Source: Candidatus Paralachnospira caecorum (GTDB taxonomy: Bacteria; Bacillota; Clostridia; Lachnospirales; Lachnospiraceae). From it: a stretch of 64,000 bases of DNA. The stretch covers positions 40-64,039 of the forward strand of contig CAJFHG010000012.1 of the NCBI GenBank assembly GCA_904379015.1, written 5' to 3'. Shown in pieces: positions 9,201-16,160 of this stretch; position 1 is the first letter of the stretch, and every line of letters starts with the position of its first letter. The translations under genes and the position numbers were made by a program. Under the pieces are notes generated by a model. That model saw nothing but the letters and a program-made list of their open reading frames with translations, was not told where the DNA came from and searched no databases.

Positions 9201-10656
9201 CCGCCGAATAATAGGCGTCCGGGTAATAGAGGGAGTCCGGATTGCGTTCTGTGTCGGCGATCAGGACCTGATAGTCCCGCTCATCTCCGTTGGAACCCAG
9301 CTTTCCCCGGACTGTGGGGGTATGGCCGCCGCTGTAGTCCTCCCATGCCCGGGCGATCTGCCGGACGGCCTCATGGCTGCTTGCCTGGGCCGTATCCAGG
9401 TGAGCTTCGGGATCCAGTACGAGTCCGGCCATTTCCGCCATGCCGTCGGTCTGGAGGGCGGTGCTGAATCCGATGGTATAGACGCTGGCAGCGTCCTGGC
9501 TGTCAGGAGTCCCGTAATAGTGGGCGGTGATCTCGTTTTTCATATAGGCGGCCGTCAGAAGGGCCATAAAGCCGTTGGCGCTGTGGGGATTGGAATTGTC
9601 CCCGCCGCCGATGGCTTCGCTGGAGACGCCCTCCCACCAGGAACCGCTGCTGGTGTCGTCCCCCCGCACGTCCGTGTCGTGGGTGATGGTGCCGTGCTGT
9701 CTGGCGCTTCCGCTGTCTGTCCAGCTGGCATCCGCGGCGGAGGCGAAGGTGGTGGGCGCGCCGTCTGACATCAGCACCACATTGGGAAGCCGGGTCACGG
9801 TGCCGCCCGCGGCGGTCCTGAATTCTGTGTCCTTTGCTTCGGACAGAATGCGCATGCCTTCGTAGAGTCCGGCCTGGATATTGGTTCCGCCGGCAGTCGA
9901 GACAGTCTTCTGATTGATGCTGCTGGTGATCTGCGCCTTTCCGTCGTCCTGTCCGGTCGTGCCGGAGAACTGGCTCATGGTGAGATAGGTTCCCGAGGTT
10001 CTGACATGCCCGGGAATGTCCTTTATTTCGGTCAGTTCCAGCAGCGTGTCAGAACTGCCGTTGAATACGGCAATGGCGATCCGGTTATGGGCGCTGCTTT
10101 TTGCCAGAACGTCGATGGAGCTGTTCAGGGCTTTTACCATGGCCTGGATCCGGGAATCGCTTCCGTCCTCCAGGGAAACTTTCTGAGAATCAACGCCCCA
10201 GCACATGCTTGCCGAGAGGTCGAGGATGAATACCACGTCCGCCGGCTGTCCGGAGATGACCTTCGTGGAAGTCGCGAAGGCGGAATAGGTGACCAGGAAA
10301 TCTTCGTTTTCCAGCTTCTGGATCTGAACAGAGTCTCCCGCGTCGCCGGTAAAGGTCAGATCTTCCGTGCTGACAGACTTGTCTGTCCAGACACGGCCTG
10401 AATAACGGGTGGAATCGGTATCTCCCAGCCCGGTTTTGTAAGAGCTGCGTGTATCGCTGTCGGCGGCGGCTGTCAGTCCGGCCGCCTGCGCCAGCAGGGG
10501 GGATGCTTCCCGGGGAAACGCCGTGAACGCCAGTGCTGCGGCCAGAAAAGCCGCCGCTGCGGCGCGGAGGGTTTTCCCGCAGAAAGACGAAGCTTTGCGG
10601 TGACGCAGAGCTTTTTTCGATTTCTGGTTTACAAACCTGTTTATAAAAACGTTCAT
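6265..10656 (-). CDS. Large sortase-anchored pilin/adhesin: vWA domain, CnaB/Spy0128(FctA)-like repeats, APETG sorting signal
   Basis: N-terminal signal peptide; MIDAS DVVFILDLSASM; three K(E/T)(L/V)T...F.F.L...GTY.Y...E repeats; Pro/Glu-rich linker; APETG plus TM helix plus basic tail RKARRRDKR. Confidence 0.85.
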   Translation of the reverse strand: MNVFINRFVNQKSKKALRHRKASSFCGKTLRAAAAAFLAAALAFTAFPREASPLLAQAAGLTAAADSDTRSSYKTGLGDTDSTRYSGRVWTDKSVSTEDLTFTGDAGDSVQIQKLENEDFLVTYSAFATSTKVISGQPADVVFILDLSASMCWGVDSQKVSLEDGSDSRIQAMVKALNSSIDVLAKSSAHNRIAIAVFNGSSDTLLELTEIKDIPGHVRTSGTYLTMSQFSGTTGQDDGKAQITSSINQKTVSTAGGTNIQAGLYEGMRILSEAKDTEFRTAAGGTVTRLPNVVLMSDGAPTTFASAADASWTDSGSARQHGTITHDTDVRGDDTSSGSWWEGVSSEAIGGGDNSNPHSANGFMALLTAAYMKNEITAHYYGTPDSQDAASVYTIGFSTALQTDGMAEMAGLVLDPEAHLDTAQASSHEAVRQIARAWEDYSGGHTPTVRGKLGSNGDERDYQVLIADTERNPDSLYYPDAYYSAEDSDELNTIFTEIVSEIVAAAQVPTEVTGNDAFHDGYITYTDYIGAYMEIKDIRELIYGGTEFTQKDVRTSGDTVSYTFQGQVDSPVYGKIDAGLIEIAVKTVTDPLTREKTQELTVKIPAAAIPMRVNEITLNADGTAADHTAGEAYPIRVIYSVGTQDQVLNSDGTANTAALSESYLAANVSDSRVNFYSGRYSGDTDPGYGGSQDGGATVGDAFVTFTPAHTNPFYYVQENTPLYLDEHLNHPADGALDPDTVYYFQIRFYDGTASETAVVSRKGSIFYETDRTPAAAPTGPGGQLELQAGAPRLGNLRDFEKLKTSNTTGTAQSCYYPTYAGNGAFRVYLGNNGLLQADALSHSLTIGKKTETAGGLTAPDQTFTFSLSLPSKAGQSVSAVRKNGQETSPETLSFSSSGSVEFTLSGGETIAIPDIAAHSRYTVTEINLPPGYTLSSVSVNGAVTPGAGSASGIITTQDAAVEFTNAYTPAPVSVFGTGLEARKTVTAQSGSSYTMQGGEFSFSLIPDQSNPASDPVAANEALTNAADGRIPLLNGPVTYTEAGTYRYTVRENNTSAGGILIDSSVFVITVQVTDAGGQLQADVSYTKDGAPAAAIAFENQYHPSMASYVISGTKELTGGTMKDGQFRFVLEAVSSTTGDMPMPGGTGASAETANMAGSFSFGTIQYSQAGTYVYRLYEKDLGTAGYQYDQTVYEITVSVSDQGGALQASADLTARDLVFRNSYSPAPATVYLTAGKELTGRSLQAGEFSFLLRDEQGREAAAAVNTESGTIPFPSLTFDAPGTYYYTVSEESGSAEGITYDQNVYRIAITVKDDQSGHLLASVEYEGGSAPVFRNRYTAPSEPETPETPSGPETPTTPSGGGQPPEESGTAPEESSENSAAAPGEPSGAAPENDPGSAAETDPEESGASAADDSADSLTAPETGDRTQFLPLVFFSGISAVISLGILAAAEIAERKARRRDKR

Positions 10657-11049
10657 AAAATCGCCGTCTCCTTTGCTTAGATTGTATGTTGGCCGGACAG
10701 GACCGGAAAATCATCTGGCTGTCCGGAAGTCTGCCTCATTATACTATGGATCGTTCTGCTTCTCCATGATCACTTTCTGCCAGCGCTCCCAGCGGCTGCC
10801 AGTCCTGCCGGCGCCCGGAACAGGCGGCGGGGAAAAGGGGTGCGGCCTGGAGGAAGCCTGAGCGGCAGAAATATGAGAAGAGAAAAAATAAGAATGAATC
10901 AGGAGGGGAAGGGGAAAGAAAGCGGGGATAAAAGCACGCGGGATGAGAGAACAGAACGAATAAGCCGGCGCGATATTATGGGAAAAATAATTAAAAAAGC
11001 GCTTTTTCCCGTAAATTTCCAGATATTTCCATAATATGGAAGGTCGAGG

Positions 11050-11079
11050 TTGACAGAACCATACGGGGGGGGGTAAAAT
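11050..11079 (+). promoter_or_regulatory. sigma70-type promoter with a G9 homopolymer in an 18-bp spacer
   Basis: TTGACA (11050-55), then GAACCATAC and GGGGGGGGG (11065-73), then TAAAAT (11074-79); about 110 bp upstream of the first PqqD gene. Confidence 0.75.
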
Positions 11080-11189
11080 GGGGTGAGACATTTGAGCCGG
11101 CGAAGTCCCGCAGGGGGCCGGTGAAGCTGTCTGAAGAGGGAAACTGTTAAATTTATCCCGGAAAATGTTGTAGAGACACAGTGATAAAA

Positions 11190-11948
11190 ATGGAAAAAGA
11201 GCAGAAGCAGAAACGGCGGCAGGAGCAGCAGATCATGCGGCAGGAGAGCCATGCGGCGGAAGAACAGATGGAACAGCACAGGTCCCGGAGCCAGGAGCCG
11301 GAAAAGGAACCGTATGTACCGGTGAGGGCCGGTGTTCTGAGCCAGGAAGAGGCGGCACGCGTAAAAGAAGTTCTGGCTGCTGAGGAAACTGCCGGGGAGG
11401 CTGCCGGAAACATTGCCGGCAAAGCAGATATCCAAAAAGAGAACGTCAAAAAAGCAAACACGGAAAAAGAAAACATCGAAAAAGAATATGCCGAAGAAGA
11501 AACTATCAGAAACGATATGGTAAAAGAAGATGCGGGGACGGGAGACGCGAAGGCGAAGGCCGCGGAGGCCGGTGCAGACCGGAAAATCCGGTATAAGCTG
11601 TCGGAAGGGCTGAAAATGCGCAAGGTGGCAGGACAGACCATGATTGTTCCCATCGGTTCGGCTGTCAGGACCATCGGCCAGACAGCGGTGCTCAATCCGG
11701 AGGCGGCGTTTCTGGTCAGCCAGATGAAAGAATGGTTCACGCCTGAGGAAGTTGTCAGGAAGGGACTGGAGGTGTATGACGCCGATGAGGATAAGCTCCG
11801 CTCCGATGTCATGGAGCTGGTGGAGATACTTTTCCGTTCAGGAATGCTGATTGAGGATACAGAGGATGGACGAGGTAAGAGAGGACGGGCGTCAGGAATT
11901 GTCCGGGTTCCCGCAGGGAAGGATTTACCCGGTCCAGGCAGCCTTTGA
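11190..11948 (+). CDS. PqqD-family RiPP recognition element with a long acidic/charged N-terminal extension (module 1)
   Basis: The C-terminal half YKLSEGLKMRKVAGQTMIVPIG...LNPEAAFLV...DVMELVEILFRSGML has the PqqD fold; the first ~130 aa are E/K/A-rich low complexity. Confidence 0.8.
   Translation: MEKEQKQKRRQEQQIMRQESHAAEEQMEQHRSRSQEPEKEPYVPVRAGVLSQEEAARVKEVLAAEETAGEAAGNIAGKADIQKENVKKANTEKENIEKEYAEEETIRNDMVKEDAGTGDAKAKAAEAGADRKIRYKLSEGLKMRKVAGQTMIVPIGSAVRTIGQTAVLNPEAAFLVSQMKEWFTPEEVVRKGLEVYDADEDKLRSDVMELVEILFRSGMLIEDTEDGRGKRGRASGIVRVPAGKDLPGPGSL
11433..11537 (+). repeat. Degenerate 15-bp coding repeat in the PqqD extension
   Basis: CAAAAAGAGAACGTC/AAAAAAGCAAACACG/GAAAAAGAAAACATC/GAAAAAGAATATGCC/GAAGAAGAAACTATC encodes QKENV KKANT EKENI EKEYA EEETI. 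Confidence 0.6.
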
Positions 11949-13035
11949 GCTGACGCCGAGATGCAATTTCAGATGTAAGATGTGCTACGTCAGGCTGGAC
12001 GGCAGCGCGGTCGGGCGCTATGGCAGGGAGCTGAGCGCGGAGGAATGGATCCGGATGGGCGAGGCGGCAGCGGAGGCGGGAACGCTGAGGCTGACGATTA
12101 CCGGCGGAGAACCGCTGGTCAGAGAGGATTTTCCTCAGATTTATCAGGAACTGACGGAAATGGGTTTTCTGATCACGCTTCAGACCAATCTGTCGCTGCT
12201 GGACGGCAGGGTAATGGATCTGATCGCGGACCGGCCTCCGGTTATGATCAAGTCGACACTGTACGGTGCTTCAGAAGAGACATATGAGCGTGTGTGCGGT
12301 GTAAAGAACGGCCTGGCCAGGGTCCGGCGCGGCATTGAAAATGTGCGGCAGGCAGGGATTCCGCTGACGCTGGTGTCCACGATCATAAAGGATAATCAGC
12401 CGGAGCTGGACGCCATTCACCGTCTGGCAGCGGAGTACGGTTATCCCCTGCAGCATACCCATAATGTGCTTGACAGCCGGAGAAATGAAAATGGAGACGC
12501 CGCGTCAAAGCTGAGGATCGAGTTTGGCAGCCTGTGTCCTGAGGAAAAGGCAAAGGTGGATCTGAAGATCCATAAACCCCAGGGGAATCCGCTGGAAATC
12601 TGCGGGAATTACCGCTTCGGCGGATACTGGATCTTGTGGGATGGCCAGATGAGCCTCTGCGCCCATATGAAAATGGAGAAGCGGTATGAGCCGCTGAGAG
12701 AGGCCGGGAAAGCCGCCGAGAAGACAGAAAACAGCGGACAGAATATCAACAAACAGGGTATCAGCAGACCGGATGTCAGCAGTTTTTGGACATCTGGAGA
12801 GTCAGAAGGGCAGGAAGCCGGCGGGAATGAAATCGAGCGCTGCTTTTACAGAATGAGAAAGGATCTGGAAGAACAGTATCGGAAAAGCGGCTGCGGAGAA
12901 TGTCAATATGGTCAATACTGTACGGCGTGTCCGGCAGTGTTATATACAAGAAAGATCAGTGTCGGGACAGAGCAGTGCAGGGCGCTGGCAAAAGAGCGAG
13001 TACAGGAAAAAAGAGATAGAGATCGGAAAAGATAG
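11866..13035 (+). CDS. Radical SAM/SPASM peptide maturase (module 1)
   Basis: ELTPRCNFRCKMCY (CxxxCxxC), ITGGEP, and SPASM cysteines C...WDGQMSLC...CGECQYGQYCTACP...C. Confidence 0.9.
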   Translation: MDEVREDGRQELSGFPQGRIYPVQAAFELTPRCNFRCKMCYVRLDGSAVGRYGRELSAEEWIRMGEAAAEAGTLRLTITGGEPLVREDFPQIYQELTEMGFLITLQTNLSLLDGRVMDLIADRPPVMIKSTLYGASEETYERVCGVKNGLARVRRGIENVRQAGIPLTLVSTIIKDNQPELDAIHRLAAEYGYPLQHTHNVLDSRRNENGDAASKLRIEFGSLCPEEKAKVDLKIHKPQGNPLEICGNYRFGGYWILWDGQMSLCAHMKMEKRYEPLREAGKAAEKTENSGQNINKQGISRPDVSSFWTSGESEGQEAGGNEIERCFYRMRKDLEEQYRKSGCGECQYGQYCTACPAVLYTRKISVGTEQCRALAKERVQEKRDRDRKR

Positions 13036-13114
13036 ATAAGAGAAGCAATAAGAAAAACAGGTAAAAAGAAAAAGTAAGATAAAGTCAGAGCGTGATGCTC
13101 GAGAGGAGGAAAAT

Positions 13115-13435
13115 ATGCCTACAGTAAGTGGAATTAGAAGAAAGCCTGCGTATGGAGGAGCAGAAATTTCTTTATTTAGTGTAAATAATTCTGTTAGTCA
13201 GTCAGGTACGTTTGGTTCAGCAGAAGGTATGGTGAGTTATCACTGGTCATTATCATGGGATGAGTCTGGCTTTTCAGGTGTCGTAGGTGATTGGTATGTA
13301 GGCCCTCCAAATTATAACGTAACAAAAGCAGGAGACTTGGAAGGCCTTTCTGATTTGCATTATGGAGCCATTGCTGAATATCGAGTTAATGCGAACCATA
13401 CTAATTGTACAACTTATGAACAAACAACACCATAG
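13115..13435 (+). CDS. Putative RiPP precursor peptide 1 (106 aa, G/S/aromatic-rich)
   Basis: Strong RBS (GAGGAGGA) before ATG; lies between rSAM and kinase; shares motifs with the peptide in module 2. Confidence 0.65.
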   Translation: MPTVSGIRRKPAYGGAEISLFSVNNSVSQSGTFGSAEGMVSYHWSLSWDESGFSGVVGDWYVGPPNYNVTKAGDLEGLSDLHYGAIAEYRVNANHTNCTTYEQTTP

Positions 13436-14165
13436 TAATCTTGCGAGCTTTTGTTTTCTGATTTGTTTGACAGTACCACTGGATTCTCGATGGAGACAAT
13501 TTAATTATATAACATCGGATAATAATGATTTGATATTTACTATTGAGGAATATTCGGACCAAGGATTGATCATAAGGGATGACAATGCTGTAGTTGCAAA
13601 GTGTAAGAGCAATGGGATAGAAAATGTACATATATTTGACGATGTAGTTTATCGCCTTTGCATGGAGGTCCTCATTACCAAACCCGTACTTCATTTTCAT
13701 AGTTCGTTTGTTATGTACATTGACCAGGCAATTCTTTTCACTGGCCCGTCCGGTATTGGAAAAACAACTCAGGCCGAGTTATGGCGGGATTACGAAGATG
13801 CGATTATTGTCAATGGTGACGTCACATTGATTCGGAAAATAGATGATGTGTGGCGTGCCTTTGGTGCTCCGATCCATGGATCCAGTCCGTACTGTGAGAA
13901 TATGGATGCTCCTATAGCAGCCATTATTGTTCTGAAACAGGCAGAAGAGAACCAATTGATTCGGCTGGATGCTTTTACGGCGCTTGGTGAATGTTTTCCG
14001 GAAATTTACAGGCCGGAAATGTCGGATGAAACCTACGAGATTTTATTGGATACGGTAGATGCATTATTTTCAGAGATTCCTGTATATCAACTGAGCTGCC
14101 GTCCGGACAGAGAGTCTGTTGAATTGGTAAAACAAACATTATTTGATCAGAATCCGGAGCTGTAA
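13416..14165 (+). CDS. HPr-kinase-like P-loop protein (module 1); exact start uncertain
   Basis: FHSS...ILFTGPSGIGKTTQAELW...VNGD...GAPIHGSS...YQLSCRPD. Confidence 0.8.
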   Translation: MNKQHHSNLASFCFLICLTVPLDSRWRQFNYITSDNNDLIFTIEEYSDQGLIIRDDNAVVAKCKSNGIENVHIFDDVVYRLCMEVLITKPVLHFHSSFVMYIDQAILFTGPSGIGKTTQAELWRDYEDAIIVNGDVTLIRKIDDVWRAFGAPIHGSSPYCENMDAPIAAIIVLKQAEENQLIRLDAFTALGECFPEIYRPEMSDETYEILLDTVDALFSEIPVYQLSCRPDRESVELVKQTLFDQNPEL

Positions 14166-14264
14166 AGCCGGATTATGGCAGGAGTAACCAAGAAATACTG
14201 CAGATATCACAGACGGGTTTGATGTTGAATTTTAAATCAAACCTTAAAAAGAATGAATAAATTT

Positions 14265-14300
14265 ATTTAATAAAGATATCGAAAGGTATCTTTATTAAAT
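14265..14300. promoter_or_regulatory. Perfect 14-bp inverted repeat upstream of the module 2 promoter
   Basis: ATTTAATAAAGATA-tcgaaagg-TATCTTTATTAAAT. Confidence 0.6.
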
Positions 14301-14368
14301 TACAGAAAAAAGTGTTAAAATATGCATAAATAATCAAGAGTAATTTATCAAATATGCACAAAAATGCA

Positions 14369-14397
14369 TTGACAAAAAATGGAAGTAAAGATATAGT
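14369..14397 (+). promoter_or_regulatory. sigma70-type promoter of module 2
   Basis: TTGACA (14369-74), 17-bp spacer, TATAGT (14392-97). Confidence 0.7.
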
Positions 14398-14467
14398 TAG
14401 AGTGAATTGCAGAGGAAATAACGGATATCTGTCTAAGAAATGGAAGCATTTAGATTGGAGGACGAAA

Positions 14468-14794
14468 ATGCGGCTGAAAGACAATCTGGTTTTGAGAAAA
14501 GTCGCAGGGCAGTTTGTCATTGTGCCTGTGGGAAAGCGGGTACAGGAAATTCCTAACACAGTGTATATTTCTTCTTCGGCAGCGTTTCTTTGGGATTACA
14601 TGAAGGAAAATGAATTTACCGAAGAAATTTTAACAGATAAAATCATGGAGCATTATACTGGTGTGACCAGAGAAACGGTTCAGGAGGATATCCGGCAGTT
14701 CCTGGATGTGCTCAGAAAAAATCGAATTCTGGAAAAAGAGCCGGGAGAGAGTGAACCGGAAGGTGGTACAGTGAGGGTGGTTATCCGAAAATGA
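14468..14794 (+). CDS. PqqD-family RiPP recognition element (module 2)
   Basis: MRLKDNLVLRKVAGQFVIVPVG...SAAFLWDYM...EDIRQFLDVLRKNRILE; GGAGG RBS; ATGA overlap with the rSAM gene. Confidence 0.85.
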   Translation: MRLKDNLVLRKVAGQFVIVPVGKRVQEIPNTVYISSSAAFLWDYMKENEFTEEILTDKIMEHYTGVTRETVQEDIRQFLDVLRKNRILEKEPGESEPEGGTVRVVIRK

Positions 14795-15867
14795 TGCCGG
14801 GCAGCTTTGACAGAAAAGACTGCAGCGGGATTCCTGAAGGAAATGAATTTTACAGGGTCATGGCGGAGGAGGCCAGAAAACATGCGATTCCGCTGTCTGG
14901 GACTTTTGAATTGACGCCGCGGTGCAATTTTAATTGTAAAATGTGTTATGTTCATCTGGCAGCAGACAGAATTCCGCTGTTTGGAAAAGAACTGACTGCG
15001 GCTGAATGGATCCGTGTGGCTGAGGAAGCCAGAGACGCGGGAATGCTGCAGCTTTGCATTACCGGAGGAGAACCGATTCTTCATCCGGAGTTTGAAACTA
15101 TATACAGAGAAATTTCCCAGATGGGATTTTTTATTACGCTGCAGACAAACGCATCTGTGTTATCAGATAATATTTTGTGTCTCCTGGAGGAATACCCGCC
15201 CCAGGATGCTAAAATAACCATATATGGATCTGATAATGAAATTTACAGGGCTGTGTGCGGTGTCGAAAACGGTTTTACAAGGACAGATCAGGGCATCCGA
15301 GACCTTCTTCAGCTGGAAATTCCAGTTATGTCGGTTACGACAGTGATCAAACAAAATAAAGATGACCTGGAAAATATATATCAATATACACAGAAACTAA
15401 AAATTCCGTGGATATATACATCGGGCGTAAAGCCTTCTGTTCGAGGGGCCGAAACAAATGCCAGAGAAGTGGCGATAGATGAAGAATCGGCGACAGATTA
15501 CAGAGAAGACGTAAGACAGATGATACAAAGACCTGCGATGAAGGATGAAAAGAAACCCTGTGAATATTGCAGAGGATATCGCATGAGTTTTTGGGTCAGC
15601 TGGGATGGGAATATGCGGTTCTGTTCGTTTATGAATGAGCCGGATATTTCTGTGATGGAGCATACATTTTCAGAAGCCTGGAAACGACTGGTTGAATATG
15701 AAGAAAGGCTTCAGTGGCCGGTTTCATGCAGAACGTGTGAAATCAGACATATATGCAGACGCTGCATTGGTATGTTGGCTGCGTTCAGCGGAAGCGCTGA
15801 CAGAGTAGATGAGGATTACTGTAAATATATACAGGCATATGTTGAACAAGAAAGAAGGAGAAAATAA
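14791..15867 (+). CDS. Radical SAM/SPASM peptide maturase (module 2)
   Basis: FELTPRCNFNCKMCY, ITGGEP, and SPASM C..C...WDGNMRFC...CRTCEIRHICRRC...C. Confidence 0.9.
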   Translation: MMPGSFDRKDCSGIPEGNEFYRVMAEEARKHAIPLSGTFELTPRCNFNCKMCYVHLAADRIPLFGKELTAAEWIRVAEEARDAGMLQLCITGGEPILHPEFETIYREISQMGFFITLQTNASVLSDNILCLLEEYPPQDAKITIYGSDNEIYRAVCGVENGFTRTDQGIRDLLQLEIPVMSVTTVIKQNKDDLENIYQYTQKLKIPWIYTSGVKPSVRGAETNAREVAIDEESATDYREDVRQMIQRPAMKDEKKPCEYCRGYRMSFWVSWDGNMRFCSFMNEPDISVMEHTFSEAWKRLVEYEERLQWPVSCRTCEIRHICRRCIGMLAAFSGSADRVDEDYCKYIQAYVEQERRRK

Positions 15868-15869
15868 AA

Positions 15870-16160
15870 ATGGAAGAAGGATATGTAAAGGTAAAAGCGG
15901 CAGCAGTGAGTCTTATGTCCGCAAATGTAAATGGATCTGATTTAGAAAATGGACAAACTACAGGAACATTGGGGATACATTGGGAAGTGTATGCTGATGG
16001 TAGAGGAGGAATTTCAGGGATTGATTGGCCGGATGAAAGTCTTTATGTATCTGGAAATCCTGGACGTACTAATCAGAATATCACAAACTATATTAACGAT
16101 TTGGTGTGGACATCTGAATGGGAGCAGTTTAGAGCGAAATATGGAAGTTGTGCTGTGTAA
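15870..16160 (+). CDS. Putative RiPP precursor peptide 2 (96 aa)
   Basis: Starts 2 bp after the rSAM stop with an AAGGAG RBS; its TAA overlaps the kinase ATG (TAATG); motif similarity to peptide 1. Confidence 0.7.
   Translation: MEEGYVKVKAAAVSLMSANVNGSDLENGQTTGTLGIHWEVYADGRGGISGIDWPDESLYVSGNPGRTNQNITNYINDLVWTSEWEQFRAKYGSCAV

Noticed and set aside
13115-16160. Sactipeptide or ranthipeptide (SCIFF-like) precursors
   Set aside because: Each candidate precursor has only one Cys, near the C-terminus and outside the shared motif.
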